NCBI GenBank assembly: GCA_965248825.1
Contig: CBDFKL010000006.1
Span: 618,667-682,666 of the forward strand
Length of the DNA: 64,000 bases
Origin: Alphaproteobacteria bacterium
GTDB lineage: Bacteria > Pseudomonadota > Alphaproteobacteria > UBA828
Direction of reading: 5' to 3'
The notes below the pieces were generated by a model, which saw nothing but the letters and a program-made list of their open reading frames with translations, had not been told where the DNA came from and ran no database searches. The translations under genes were made by a program, and so were the position numbers. Of this stretch, positions 52,134 through 62,822 are shown piece by piece (the first letter of the stretch is position 1; every line of letters starts with the position of its first letter).

Positions 52134-52882
52134 CGGGCCTCGGCAGCCGTCGGAGCGCGGCCCGCATCGCCGCGCACCGGCGCGTCGGTCCCGGCCGGCT
52201 CGACCGGTGTCACGCCGACCATCCGATCGGCCGCGGCGGTCAGCTCATTGAGCCGCGTTTCCAGGGTGAGGCGTGCCGCCTCCATCGCGGCCTCATCCGC
52301 ATCGGCCGGGACGTGAATCGGTGCCCCCCACAGATAGGCGCCTCTGCTGAATGGCATGGCGATTACGAATCGGTCCCAACTGTCCGCGAGCATGCGCCGC
52401 GAGACCGCATAGGTGGCCGGCACGATCGGGACCTGAGAAAGGCGAGCCAACGCGATGATCCCGGGCTGCACCCGCATCCGCGGGCCCCGCGGCCCATCCG
52501 GCGTGATCCCGAGATAGCCGCCATTCTTCAGCAGGCGGAGCGAGGCGCGCGAGGCAGACGCGCCGCCGCGCGTTCGCGAGCCGCGAATCGCAGCCACGCC
52601 CAGATGCCGCACCGCGCGCGCGATGCTCTCACCGTCGCGGTGCCGCGAGATCATGACATGCATCGTTGCGTCCTCTCGCCAACCCTGCGGCGCCATCATC
52701 AGCCGGCCATGCCAGAAAGCGGCAATGAAGGGCCGGCCTCCGCGCAGCAGCGCTTCCGCATCCTCGCGCCCGCGCGTCTGCCAGCGGCTGGTCGCATAGA
52801 CAAAGCCGGTATAGCGTGCAAACAGCCAGGAGAGCATCGCGAGCGCGAGCCGGCTCCGCGCGATGCGCTTACCGAGAGCCAT
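52130..52882 (-). CDS. DUF374 lysophospholipid-acyltransferase-family protein
   Basis: AFWHGR, SRHRDGE, ITPDGPRGP, SWDRF..PFS. Confidence 0.85.
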   Translation of the reverse strand: MALGKRIARSRLALAMLSWLFARYTGFVYATSRWQTRGREDAEALLRGGRPFIAAFWHGRLMMAPQGWREDATMHVMISRHRDGESIARAVRHLGVAAIRGSRTRGGASASRASLRLLKNGGYLGITPDGPRGPRMRVQPGIIALARLSQVPIVPATYAVSRRMLADSWDRFVIAMPFSRGAYLWGAPIHVPADADEAAMEAARLTLETRLNELTAAADRMVGVTPVEPAGTDAPVRGDAGRAPTAAEAR

Positions 52883-52884
52883 GC

Positions 52885-54678
52885 CTATTCTGCGGCCTCA
52901 TTGGCAGCGAACTGCATCGCATAGAGCCGCGCATAGACGCCGCTCGATGCGAGCAACGACCGGTGCGTGCCCGATTCGGCGACCCGGCCGCCTTCGATCA
53001 CGTGGATGTGGTCGGCATCCTTCACCGTCGACAGGCGATGGGCGATAACCAGAGTGGTCCGACCGCGCATCAAGCTGCGCAGCGCTTCTTGCACCTGGTG
53101 TTCCGATTCGGTGTCGAGGGCGCTCGTCGCCTCGTCGAGCAGGAGGATCGGAGCGTTCTTGAGCGTGGCGCGGGCGATCGAAAGGCGTTGGCGCTGGCCG
53201 CCAGACAACTTGACCCCGTGCTCGCCGATGATCGTATCGTAGCCATCGGGAAGCTCGGCGATGAAGCGGTCGGCGCCGGCGGTCCGGGCGGCAGCCACAA
53301 TCTCCTGGTGAGAGGCCTCGATCCGCCCATAGGCGATGTTGGCTCGGATGGTGTCGTCGAACAGCACTGCCTCCTGGCTTACCAGGGCCACCGCATCGCG
53401 CACGCTTTCCAGGGTAGCCTTACGAACGTCCGTGCCGTCGATCATGACCGATCCCTGGTCGACGTCATAGAAGCGCGGGATCAGGTTGAGCACCGTGGAT
53501 TTTCCGGCCCCTGACGGCCCGACCAACGCGACCGTCTTTCCGGCCGGGATCTCGAGGGTCACGTCCCGAAGCGCGGCGACGCCGTTCCGATAGGAGAAGC
53601 ATACGCCCTCGAGTATGACGGCCCCGCCGTCGATCCGCAGCGGGCGGGCATCCCGGGCTTCGACAATGCGCGGCGCGGTATCCAGGATGTCGAACACGCG
53701 CTGGCTCGCGGCGAGGCCCTCTTGCAGGCTTGCATTGAGGTTGGCCAGCGCTTTGAGCGGCCGATAGGCGAGCAGCATCGCCGTGACAAACGCGAAGAAG
53801 GCGCCTGGCGTGAGCGCCCCTTCGATCACCTGCCAACCGCCATAGAGAATCAGCACCGCGACGAACACGCCGCCGAGGGTCTCCATGATCGGCGTCGCGG
53901 CAGCACGGATTCGGTGCGCCTTGAAGACCAACCTGAACACGCTCTCGATCAGTTGGTCGGCGCGCGCCGATTCGAAGCGTTCCCTGTTGTAGGCCTTGAC
54001 GTGACGGGCGCCCTGGAAGGTCTCGTTGAGCCGCGCGGTGAACAGGCCGAGCTCGCTCAGTGCGGAGGTCGAGATCTTGCGCATGCGCCGGCCGATCCTG
54101 ACGATCGGAAAGACCGCGATCGGAAAGACGACGCACGCGATCAACGCGAGTTTCCAGTCCTTCTCGAACATCACGCCGATCAGAAACAGCAAGGTGAGCG
54201 AATCCTTGACCATGCCGGTGAGCGCGTTGGCCACGGCATTGCGCATCAGATTGACGTCATTGGTAAGCCGGGAGACCAGCTTGCCCGACGCCGTGTCCTG
54301 GAAGAACGCCAGGTCGAAGCGGAGAATATGAGCGAACAACCGGCTCTGGAGATCGGCGATGACGCGCTGGCCGACGAAGGCCATCAGCACCGCCTGGCCG
54401 TAGGTGGCGGCGCCCCTGATCAGCGTTATGACGATGACCGCAGCGGGAACCGTGATCAGGAGATCGCGATTCTTCTCGATGAAGATCTGGTCCAGCACCG
54501 GCTCCATGAGATAGGCGAGCGCTGCGATCGCACCTGCGGCCAGTACCATGCAGAGCCCGGCGAGTAGCAGCCGGCCGATATAGGGGCGCACATGGTCGCG
54601 CACGAGGCGGACCAAAAGGAGCCTCGTCGAACCTGGTCTATGGGGCGGGTCAGGCTGCTCCACGGCTTCGCTCGGCAC
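52885..54678 (-). CDS. msbA: Lipid A flippase ABC transporter
   Basis: ABC TMD+NBD (GPSGAGKST, LSGGQRQR) heading the waaA-lpxK operon. Confidence 0.9.
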   Translation of the reverse strand: MPSEAVEQPDPPHRPGSTRLLLVRLVRDHVRPYIGRLLLAGLCMVLAAGAIAALAYLMEPVLDQIFIEKNRDLLITVPAAVIVITLIRGAATYGQAVLMAFVGQRVIADLQSRLFAHILRFDLAFFQDTASGKLVSRLTNDVNLMRNAVANALTGMVKDSLTLLFLIGVMFEKDWKLALIACVVFPIAVFPIVRIGRRMRKISTSALSELGLFTARLNETFQGARHVKAYNRERFESARADQLIESVFRLVFKAHRIRAAATPIMETLGGVFVAVLILYGGWQVIEGALTPGAFFAFVTAMLLAYRPLKALANLNASLQEGLAASQRVFDILDTAPRIVEARDARPLRIDGGAVILEGVCFSYRNGVAALRDVTLEIPAGKTVALVGPSGAGKSTVLNLIPRFYDVDQGSVMIDGTDVRKATLESVRDAVALVSQEAVLFDDTIRANIAYGRIEASHQEIVAAARTAGADRFIAELPDGYDTIIGEHGVKLSGGQRQRLSIARATLKNAPILLLDEATSALDTESEHQVQEALRSLMRGRTTLVIAHRLSTVKDADHIHVIEGGRVAESGTHRSLLASSGVYARLYAMQFAANEAAE

Positions 54679-54755
54679 CAGCGTAAGCGCCTAAGCGCTT
54701 GAAAAAGGCCAATAGCACGGCCGGGCCTTCGGCTCCAGCCGTGTGGGGCGCGGGG

Positions 54756-55568
54756 TCAGCGCGCGAAATCGGCGAGGCGTGCCAGGAGTCCGTCGTGGAC
54801 CGCCGCGTTGCTCGCGAGGCAGGTCCGGTGCATCGGCCGGTCGTCATTGTAGACGAGCGGCGCTCCCTGCAAGGTGGTGACCCGGCCGCCCGCTTCACGG
54901 ACCAATAAATCGCCCGCGCACAGATCCCAATCGGCCTTGGTCCAGGCGCTCGCCGCCGCATCGAAGGCGCCGGCCGCGACCAGCGCGAACTTGTAGGCGA
55001 TCGAGCTCACCGCCTTGACGGTGCCGTTGGTGAACCGCTCGGGCCAAGCGGCTTCGCGATGCTCTGAACGGCTCGTCAAAATGGCGAGCACGCCAGCGTC
55101 GTCATTGCGGCTGACCGCGATCGGCGCGCCGTTGAGGCGCGCGCCGGCGCCGGCGCGCGCCTCGTACATCTCTTCCTTCGCAGGGTTGTAGACGGCGGCC
55201 GCAATCGGCTGGCCCCTCTCGATCAAGGCTACGGCAATCGCGAACTCGGGAACGCCGCGGAGAAAGCTGTTGGTGCCGTCGATCGGGTCGACCACCCAGA
55301 CCCGCGAGGTCTTGAGGCGCTCTTTGTCGTCCTCGGATTCCTCGGAGAGCCAACCGTAATGCGGCCGCGCACCGCAGAGCCGCTCGCGCAGCAGGGCGTT
55401 GACCTCCATGTCGGCCTCGCAGACCGGATGAAACCGGGTCTTGCGCCAGACCTTTTGCTCGCCGCCGAAGCGGGCGAGCGCGACCGCGCCGCCATCACGC
55501 ACCGCCTCGACCAGGAGGCGGTGATCCGCCTCGAGGCTCCGATCCACGCCGGCTCCGCCGTCGCTCAC
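54756..55568 (-). CDS. Inositol monophosphatase/CysQ-family phosphatase
   Basis: LSEE, WVVDPIDGT, WDLCAG. Confidence 0.88.
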   Translation of the reverse strand: MSDGGAGVDRSLEADHRLLVEAVRDGGAVALARFGGEQKVWRKTRFHPVCEADMEVNALLRERLCGARPHYGWLSEESEDDKERLKTSRVWVVDPIDGTNSFLRGVPEFAIAVALIERGQPIAAAVYNPAKEEMYEARAGAGARLNGAPIAVSRNDDAGVLAILTSRSEHREAAWPERFTNGTVKAVSSIAYKFALVAAGAFDAAASAWTKADWDLCAGDLLVREAGGRVTTLQGAPLVYNDDRPMHRTCLASNAAVHDGLLARLADFAR

Positions 55569-56914
55569 CGGCCGGCGACCGTCATGCCGTCGATGCGCAC
55601 GGTCGGGCTGTCGATACCATAGCGGAACACCAGATCGCTCGCCGGCGTAAGCCCGCGAAACATGTCCTTGAGATTGCCGGCGACGGTGACCTCGCTGACG
55701 GGATAGGCGATCTCGCCGCCTTCAATCCAGAAGCCGGCCGCGCCCCGGCTGTAGTCGCCGGTCACACCATTGACGCCCATGCCGATCAGCTCGGTGACAT
55801 AGAGGCCGTCCGCGACTCCGGCGAGCAGAGCTTCGGTGCTCTCGACGCCGGGGGCGAGCGTCAGGTTGGAGGGTGACGGCGAGGGCGGCGCGCTCGCGCC
55901 GCGCGAGGCGTGGCCGGTGCTGGCGAGACCGAGCTGGCGCGCCGAGCGGCTGTCAAGCAGCCAGCTCCGCAGGACGCCGTCCGCGACGATCTCGCGGCGC
56001 TCCGTGGCGACCCCCTCGCCATCGAAGGGGCGCGAACGCAGCCCGCGCATCCGGTGCGGGTCGTCGACGACCGCGATTCCGGCGGCGAAGATCCGGGTGC
56101 CGAGCGCATCCTTCAGGAAACTCGTGCCGCGGGCGATCGACGGCCCGGAGATCGCGCCGGCGAGATGGCGGAGAAGACCGCCGGCGATGCGCGGATCGTA
56201 GACCACGGGAATTTGGCCCGAGCGCGCCTTGCGGGCGCCGAGCCGGCGCACTGCCCGCGCGCCGGCCCTGCGTCCGACCGCCGCGGCGTCATCCAGATCG
56301 GCATCATGCACGGCCGACGCCCAGTCATAGTCGCGCTCCATCGCCGTGCCTTCCCCGGCCAGCACCGCGACGCTGACCCAGAACCGGCTGGTCGCATAAC
56401 CCCCTGAGAAACCGCCGCTCGTGACCAGCGTCGCCTCCGTGCGGTCCCAACCCGCGCTTCCGCCCTCGGAATTGGTGACTCCGCCGACGGCGCGAGCCGC
56501 ATCCTCCGCCTCCATCGCGCGGGCCAGTAATGCCTCGGCATCGGGCTCGCCGGTATCGACGAGATCGAGCGATGGCCAATCCCTGGCGAGGCGCGCCGGA
56601 TCGGCGAGGCCCGCATGGGGATCCTCCGGCACCGAGCGCGCCATGGCGACTGCCCGCTCGGCGAGCGAGGCCAGCACGTCATCGCCGTGGTCGGTGGTGG
56701 AGACGATGGCTTGCTTGTTGCCGACGAACACGCGCAGCCCGAGGTCGCGGCTCTCCGAGCGCACGAGCTCCTCGGGCTCACCCAGGCGGCAGCTTGCATC
56801 GAGGGCATTGCCGCGCATGAGCAGCGCATCGGCGGCATCCGCGCCCCGCTGCATCGCATGCCTGACAAGGCCGGCTAGCAGATCGACGGAGTCACGCGTC
56901 CCGGTTGCTTCCAT
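55565..56914 (-). CDS. pmbA: TldE/PmbA-family protein
   Basis: NSEGG, MERDY, RPFDGEG, TGDYSRGAAGFW, EVTVAGNL. Confidence 0.9.
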   Translation of the reverse strand: MEATGTRDSVDLLAGLVRHAMQRGADAADALLMRGNALDASCRLGEPEELVRSESRDLGLRVFVGNKQAIVSTTDHGDDVLASLAERAVAMARSVPEDPHAGLADPARLARDWPSLDLVDTGEPDAEALLARAMEAEDAARAVGGVTNSEGGSAGWDRTEATLVTSGGFSGGYATSRFWVSVAVLAGEGTAMERDYDWASAVHDADLDDAAAVGRRAGARAVRRLGARKARSGQIPVVYDPRIAGGLLRHLAGAISGPSIARGTSFLKDALGTRIFAAGIAVVDDPHRMRGLRSRPFDGEGVATERREIVADGVLRSWLLDSRSARQLGLASTGHASRGASAPPSPSPSNLTLAPGVESTEALLAGVADGLYVTELIGMGVNGVTGDYSRGAAGFWIEGGEIAYPVSEVTVAGNLKDMFRGLTPASDLVFRYGIDSPTVRIDGMTVAGR

Positions 56915-56963
56915 GGCTAATAAGGGCCGGCCCGTTGATGGCCGCTGCTACGGAAGCGCCGAT

Positions 56964-57437
56964 TCAAGAGCCGAAAAAGCTGGCGCGAATGCGTCGATTC
57001 TTCTCGAAATATTGCTGATGGTAGTCCTCGGCCAACCAGTACTCGGCGGCCGGTTCGATTTGAGTCGAGATCGGGTGTCCCGCCGCCACGAGCGTCGCCT
57101 TGCTCGCCTCGGCTACGGTCTTTTGGGCATCCGACTCGTAGAAGATGGCCGAGCGATATTGAGTACCGATGTCGGGCCCCTGGCGGTTCACCTGGGTCGG
57201 ATCGTGCACCTGCCAGAACAGATCGAGGAGCGCTTCGTAGCCGACCCGCGCGGGATCGAAAACGACCCGCACCACCTCCGCATGCCCGGTCTGGCCGCCG
57301 CACACGTCGTGGTAGCTCGGCTCGGCCATGTGACCGCCGCTGTAGCCGACCGAGGTTTCGATGACCCCGTCGACCCGGCGGAACGCCGCCTCGACGCCCC
57401 AGAAACAGCCCGCACCGAAGATCGCCGTCTCAGTCAT
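56964..57437 (-). CDS. msrA: Peptide-methionine (S)-S-oxide reductase
   Basis: [38 protein letters not shown]. Confidence 0.95.
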   Translation of the reverse strand: MTETAIFGAGCFWGVEAAFRRVDGVIETSVGYSGGHMAEPSYHDVCGGQTGHAEVVRVVFDPARVGYEALLDLFWQVHDPTQVNRQGPDIGTQYRSAIFYESDAQKTVAEASKATLVAAGHPISTQIEPAAEYWLAEDYHQQYFEKNRRIRASFFGS

Positions 57438-57591
57438 CCCGTCCTCACACCCGCAGTTTCATTGTGTGATAGATAACATTTTGGACCGAGACGGCAAGCC
57501 GCGCGGACACGGAGCGTGCCACGCCTGCCCGAACCGTCGTTAAAACGAGCACCATGCTGTCTCGGGCGCCGGGCATGACGGGAGCAACAGG

Positions 57592-58854
57592 ATGACGATC
57601 AGGATCGAAACGGCCGGCGATTACGAGGCTTACCGCAAGCGCGTGTTCGACTTCCTCTGGCGCGAGGTGGAGCCCCGCGCGAGCGAGATCGAACGGACCG
57701 GCGAATTCCCGCGGGAGGCGCTCTTTCCCCAGTTCCGCGAGCATGGCCTGTTCGGCGCGGTGATCCCGCGGAAATATGGCGGCATCGCGCTGAATTGCGC
57801 CCAATACCTGCCGCTCCTGGCCGAATTCTCCAAGGTCTCGGGCGTCGTGCGGGTGCTGCTGCACGTCCACAACACGAGCGCCCGCGCGGTCGTTGCCTAC
57901 GGCACCGAGGCCCAGAAGGAAGCGCTCCTGCCGGCGCTCGCCCGCGGCGACCAATCACTCACATTCGCGATCACCGAGCCCAATTCAGGGAGCGGGATGG
58001 ATGTCGGAACGCGAGCAATTCGCGATGGCGATCATTGGATCGTCAATGGCGCGAAGCACTACATCACCAATGCGGATTTCGCGACCGGCCATCTGATCTG
58101 TTGCCGGACCGGCGAGCGCGGCGACCGTCGCGGGCTGACGGCGCTGGTGGTGCCGGCAGGCGCGCCCGGCTTCACGGTCGAAGCGATGCCCGACATGATG
58201 GGCAATAACGGCCCGCCCCACGGCATCCTGCGCTTCGAGAATACGCCGGTCCCGGCAGACAGCCTGATCGGCGCGGAGGGCGACGGGATTGATGTCTTCC
58301 TCGGCGAGCTGGAGCCGAGCCGTGTCTTCGTCGCCGCGAGCTCGCTTGGCACGGCCGAGCGTGCGCTCGAGATCGCCCTCGACTTCGCCGAAAAACGGAT
58401 CACCTTCGGCCGCGCCATCGCGACCCGCCCCTCGGTCCAATCGGAACTCGCCGAAATGGCCCGCGACATCTATGCGCTCCGCCTCATTCTCGAGGACGTG
58501 GCGGTCAAGATCGACCGCCACGAGGCCTGCGCCCTGGAAGCCTCGATCGCCAAGCTGTTCGGGCTCGAGACCGTGATGCGGGTGACCGACAAGGCGATGG
58601 ACGTGGTCGGCGGGCGCGCCTATTTCACCGATTACCCCTATCCGCTGGAGCGGCTCTATCGCGAATCGCGGATCAACATGCTCGAGGAGGGAACGCCCTC
58701 GATTCAGCGGCTTGTCATCGCCCGCAGCCTCTTTGGGCAGACGACGCCGCTTGAGATCGGCACCCTGGGCGAGCCCTACCAGCCGTCCGGCACCGACCCG
58801 GCCCTGGGTGACCGGCCGCCCCAGGACCTGAGCTACGCCCACGGGGGCGACTGA
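57592..58854 (+). CDS. Acyl-CoA dehydrogenase family protein
   Basis: YGTEAQK, FAITEPNSGS, NGAKHYITNA, RITFGRAI, LERLYRESR...EEGT. Confidence 0.9.
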   Translation: MTIRIETAGDYEAYRKRVFDFLWREVEPRASEIERTGEFPREALFPQFREHGLFGAVIPRKYGGIALNCAQYLPLLAEFSKVSGVVRVLLHVHNTSARAVVAYGTEAQKEALLPALARGDQSLTFAITEPNSGSGMDVGTRAIRDGDHWIVNGAKHYITNADFATGHLICCRTGERGDRRGLTALVVPAGAPGFTVEAMPDMMGNNGPPHGILRFENTPVPADSLIGAEGDGIDVFLGELEPSRVFVAASSLGTAERALEIALDFAEKRITFGRAIATRPSVQSELAEMARDIYALRLILEDVAVKIDRHEACALEASIAKLFGLETVMRVTDKAMDVVGGRAYFTDYPYPLERLYRESRINMLEEGTPSIQRLVIARSLFGQTTPLEIGTLGEPYQPSGTDPALGDRPPQDLSYAHGGD

Positions 58855-58861
58855 ACCCGGA

Positions 58862-60646
58862 TCAGAGCGGCCAGACCACGAGAATCAGCGGGATGGAGAG
58901 CGCGACGATGAGGATCTCGAGCGGCAGCCCCATGCGCCAATAATCGCCGAAACGGTAGCCGCCGGGGCCCATCACCAGGGTGTTGTTCTGATGGCCGATC
59001 GGGGTCAGGAAAGCGCATGAGGCGCCGATCGCCACCGCCATCAGGAACGGATCGACGCTGGTGCCGAGACGCTCCGCGAGGCCGACACCGATCGGCGCCA
59101 TGATCACCGCGGTCGCGGCGTTGTTCACGATGTCGGAGAGCGTCATCGTGACGACCATGACCAGGATCAGCACTAAAACCGGCGACAGCGCCGCGCCGGA
59201 TCCCAGGATGGTATCGGTGATCAGCTCCGTGGTCCCGGTCGTCTCCAGCGCGCCGCCGATCGGGATCATCGAGCCGAGCAGCACGATCACCGGCCAGTTG
59301 ATGCTGTCATAGGCCTCGCGCAGCGAGGAGACCTTGAGGAAGAGCATGGCCATCGCCGCGATCCCGAGCGCGATCGGCGGCGCGACCAGGCCGGCGGAGG
59401 CGGTCGCCATGGCCACCGCGAAGATGCCGACGGGGACCCAGGCCCGGCCGGAACCGCGGATCTTGATGTCTCGGGCGGCGAGTGGCAGGCAGCCGAGGCT
59501 CGCCAGAACCGCCGGCATCTGATCCTCGGGTCCCTGGAGCAGCAGGACGTCGCCGGCGCGGAAGCGCAGGGTGCGAAGCCGGCTCCGCACGCGCTTGCCC
59601 TGGCGCGAGACGGCGAGAAGGTTGACGCCATAGCGGCTGCGCAAGGACACCCCGCTTGCGGTGCGCCCCTCGATCATGCCGTTGGGCGATACCACGACCT
59701 CGAGAAGGGCCAGATCCTCCGAGCCGAGAGCGTCGGCGACCTCGCGCCCGACGCCGACCAGCTCGAGGCCGAGGGCGCCGACCATCTCGCCGATGCCTTC
59801 GGGCGCCGCCTCGATGACCAGAATATCGTCTTGCTTGATGCGGCCCCGCCAGGTGGCGGTGTGGATCCGTTGATGGGCGCGGATCAACCCCACCAGCTCG
59901 GCGCTCTGCTCCTCGAAGATCGATTCAAGCTGGCGCACACCCTTGCCGATAAGCGCGGCGTCCTTGGGGACCCGGGCCTCGGTGACATAGTCGTCGATAT
60001 CGAGGATCTCCCGCGACGGGCCGCCCTCGCGCCGCGCGCGCGGGATCAGGCGCCAGCCGATGAGCGCGACGAAGAGGACCCCCATCAACGCCACCGGGAA
60101 ACCGACCGGCGCGAAGTCGAACATGGCGAAGGGCGCGCCCGTCACCTCGGCCCGATAGGCCGCGACGATGATGTTGGGCGGCGTGCCGATCAGGGTGATC
60201 AAGCCACCGAGGATGGCCGCGAAGGCCAGCGGCATGAGCACGAGACCGGGGGCGTGCTCGGCACGGCGTGCGGCGCGCAGCGCCACCGGCATGAACAGGG
60301 CGAGGGCGCCGACATTATTGATAAAGGCCGAGAGGATCGAGGTGATCCCGCCCAGCGCGCCGATCTGGACGGAGGCATGCCGCTCCGCATGCTGATCGAG
60401 ATGCCTGGAGAGGAGCGCGATCAAAGCCGAGCCGGAGAGCGCCCGGCTGATGATCAGCACGGCGGCCACGGTAATTACCGCTGGGTGCCCGAAGCCGCGA
60501 AAGGCCGCCATCGGTTCGACCAGACCAAGCACCACGGCCAGCAAGAGGCCGCTGAAGGCGATCAAATCGTAGCGCCAGCGCCCCCAGATAAAGAGGCCGA
60601 GCACGCCGACGAGCAGCGCCAGCATCAACATTTGATCGACAGGCAT
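58862..60646 (-). CDS. SLC13-family permease with TrkA-C domains
   Basis: SAFINNVGA, TLIGTPPN, two RCK_C-like domains, FLTPIGHQNN, GGYRFGDY. Confidence 0.9.
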   Translation of the reverse strand: MPVDQMLMLALLVGVLGLFIWGRWRYDLIAFSGLLLAVVLGLVEPMAAFRGFGHPAVITVAAVLIISRALSGSALIALLSRHLDQHAERHASVQIGALGGITSILSAFINNVGALALFMPVALRAARRAEHAPGLVLMPLAFAAILGGLITLIGTPPNIIVAAYRAEVTGAPFAMFDFAPVGFPVALMGVLFVALIGWRLIPRARREGGPSREILDIDDYVTEARVPKDAALIGKGVRQLESIFEEQSAELVGLIRAHQRIHTATWRGRIKQDDILVIEAAPEGIGEMVGALGLELVGVGREVADALGSEDLALLEVVVSPNGMIEGRTASGVSLRSRYGVNLLAVSRQGKRVRSRLRTLRFRAGDVLLLQGPEDQMPAVLASLGCLPLAARDIKIRGSGRAWVPVGIFAVAMATASAGLVAPPIALGIAAMAMLFLKVSSLREAYDSINWPVIVLLGSMIPIGGALETTGTTELITDTILGSGAALSPVLVLILVMVVTMTLSDIVNNAATAVIMAPIGVGLAERLGTSVDPFLMAVAIGASCAFLTPIGHQNNTLVMGPGGYRFGDYWRMGLPLEILIVALSIPLILVVWPL

Positions 60647-60739
60647 GGGCGGCCATGTTTAGCCAATTGCCGGCGCTTGCGATAGACACGCGAGGCCGCA
60701 GCCGCCCGGTGGGTTCACCGGGGCGGCGGTCGAGCATGT

Positions 60740-61363
60740 TCAAGGAGCTTCGCCCAGCTCCATGATCAGACGCTCGGCCTCCACCAGATCTTCGGTGCGA
60801 TTGGCGTTGAAGAACGGGTCGACCCGATCGACGGTGAAGGCGACCTCGACGAGCTCGTGACGCGCGGTCCAACGATCGATCCGCCGTTCGCCGCGCGCAA
60901 CCAGCGCCGCCCGGAGGTCGGCGCGCAGCGCCACCGGCCAGAGCCCGAAGACCGGATGCGCCCGCCCCCCGGAAGCGGCGCAGGCGAGGTCCGCGCCCGC
61001 ACCGTCCCGCGCCGCGGCCAACCGTGCGACGAAATCCGGCGGCAGAAACGGCGTGTCCGTGGCGAAACTCGCGACCAAGCTGCAGTCGGGCGCCCGATCC
61101 GCCGCCCAGTCGAGCGCAGCCAGAATGCCGGCGAGCGGCCCCGCGTGGCCCGGCACGGTATCCGGCACCACCGGCAAGCCGAAGCCTGCGAACCGCGTCG
61201 CATCACCATTGGCATTCAGGATGAGCGGGCCGACCTGTGGGGCTGCGCGCGCGATCACCCGCGCGAGCAGGGTCTCGCCGGCGAGCACGCGCAGGCACTT
61301 GTCGCCCCCGCCCATGCGGCGCGCCAGGCCACCGGCCAGCAGCACGCCTGCGATCTCGGTCAT
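60740..61363 (-). CDS. mobA: Molybdenum cofactor guanylyltransferase
   Basis: LAGGLARRMGGGDK, GPLAG, DTPFLP, FFNAN. Confidence 0.93.
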   Translation of the reverse strand: MTEIAGVLLAGGLARRMGGGDKCLRVLAGETLLARVIARAAPQVGPLILNANGDATRFAGFGLPVVPDTVPGHAGPLAGILAALDWAADRAPDCSLVASFATDTPFLPPDFVARLAAARDGAGADLACAASGGRAHPVFGLWPVALRADLRAALVARGERRIDRWTARHELVEVAFTVDRVDPFFNANRTEDLVEAERLIMELGEAP

Positions 61364-61379
61364 GACAGGCGCAATCCCC

Positions 61380-62714
61380 TTAGCCGTAAAGCACCGACAC
61401 GATCGCGACCGCCGCGATGATACCGGCGAGATCCGCGCTCAGCGCCGGCACCAGCGCATAGCGGATGCGGCGGATCTGCACGGCGCCGAAATAGACCGCG
61501 AGCACGTAGAACGTCGTCTCGGTCGAGCCTTGAAACGTGCTCACCAGATAGCCCGTATAGCTGTCGGGGCCGACAGCCGGGTCGTTGATGATCGAGGCCA
61601 GAATGCCGTAGGCGCCCGAGCCGGACAACGGGCGCAGGATCGCCATCGGGAGCGCCTCGGGCGGCATGCCGATATGCCGCGTGACCGAGCCGAGCGGTTC
61701 GATGATGAGGTCCATCGCGCCGCTTGCCCGGAACATCCCCACCGCAACGAGTATCGCGACCAGATAGGGGATGATCCTGAGCGCGACCGAAAAGCCCTCC
61801 TTTGCGCCCTCGACGAACACCTCATAGATGCGCACGCGGCGCGCGACGCCGAACCCGAGCAGGCCGAGCATCAGCGTTGGAATGATCCAGGGCGCGATGT
61901 CGCGGCCGAACAGAACGGTCAGCGGGATCAGCCCGCCGAGGCCCGCCAGCACGGTGAAGGAGACCCAGACCGGATAGGGCCTGGAGGCTTTCTCCGCCAA
62001 CGCCCGCTGCTCTTCGCCGAGCGCCGCCGCCGGCTCGTCCGCTGGCTCGCCGTCGGTCTCGGCTTCGGTCTCGGTGATCGCCGCCGGCGGCGGCACGGGC
62101 CGTGCCGGGGGGAACCAGCGGATGCAAAGCTTGGCGACGACGATCGCAACGGTGGTCGAGCAGACCGTCGCGACCAGCGTGGTCGGAACGATGCCCGCCG
62201 GATCATCGGAGCCGGACGCTGCGCGCAGCGCGATCACCCCGGTCGCGAGCAGAGTCACGCTCGATGTGTTGATGGCGAGAAACAGGATCATCGCGTTGGT
62301 TGCGGTGCCGGGAATCGGGTTGAGCTTGTTGAGCTCCTGCATCGCGCGGATACCGAAGGGGGTCGCGGCATTGCCGAGGCCGAGAAGATTCGCCGACATG
62401 TTGAGGATCATCGCCCCCATCGCCGGGTGCTCGGCCGGCACGTCGGGGAAGAGACGCACCATCAGGGGGCGCACCAGACGGGCGATGATGACCAGCAGGC
62501 CGCCCGCTTCCGCGACCTTCATCAGCCCGAGGAACAGGGCCATCACGCCGACCAGCCCGAGCGCCAGCGTCACCGCGCCCGTCGCGGCGTCGATCATGGC
62601 GGCGCCGAGCACCTCCATCGGAATCTCTTGCGAGCTGCCCGCCAGCCACGGCAGATGCCGGACCGCCGCCACGACGAAGGCGATCAGGACGATCGCGAAG
62701 AAGATGCCGTTCAA
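61380..62714 (-). CDS. Fused SpmA/SpmB nucleoside-recognition (Gate) membrane protein
   Basis: LGLGNAATPFGIRAM, AINTSS, RPLSGSGA, GSTETTFYVLAVYFG. Confidence 0.88.
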   Translation of the reverse strand: MNGIFFAIVLIAFVVAAVRHLPWLAGSSQEIPMEVLGAAMIDAATGAVTLALGLVGVMALFLGLMKVAEAGGLLVIIARLVRPLMVRLFPDVPAEHPAMGAMILNMSANLLGLGNAATPFGIRAMQELNKLNPIPGTATNAMILFLAINTSSVTLLATGVIALRAASGSDDPAGIVPTTLVATVCSTTVAIVVAKLCIRWFPPARPVPPPAAITETEAETDGEPADEPAAALGEEQRALAEKASRPYPVWVSFTVLAGLGGLIPLTVLFGRDIAPWIIPTLMLGLLGFGVARRVRIYEVFVEGAKEGFSVALRIIPYLVAILVAVGMFRASGAMDLIIEPLGSVTRHIGMPPEALPMAILRPLSGSGAYGILASIINDPAVGPDSYTGYLVSTFQGSTETTFYVLAVYFGAVQIRRIRYALVPALSADLAGIIAAVAIVSVLYG

Positions 62715-62822
62715 GGAGCTGCGCCTCGGCTACGGGACCCTGCGATTCGTTATGCTCAATGGTCCCTGCTTTGAATCGGCTTGAAAAGCGTCGCGGCCCT
62801 GCACACGTCTCGACGGTCTCCG

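Noticed and set aside
61380-62714. Spore maturation genes implying sporulation
   Set aside because: Fused SpmAB homologues are widespread in non-sporulating Gram-negative bacteria.
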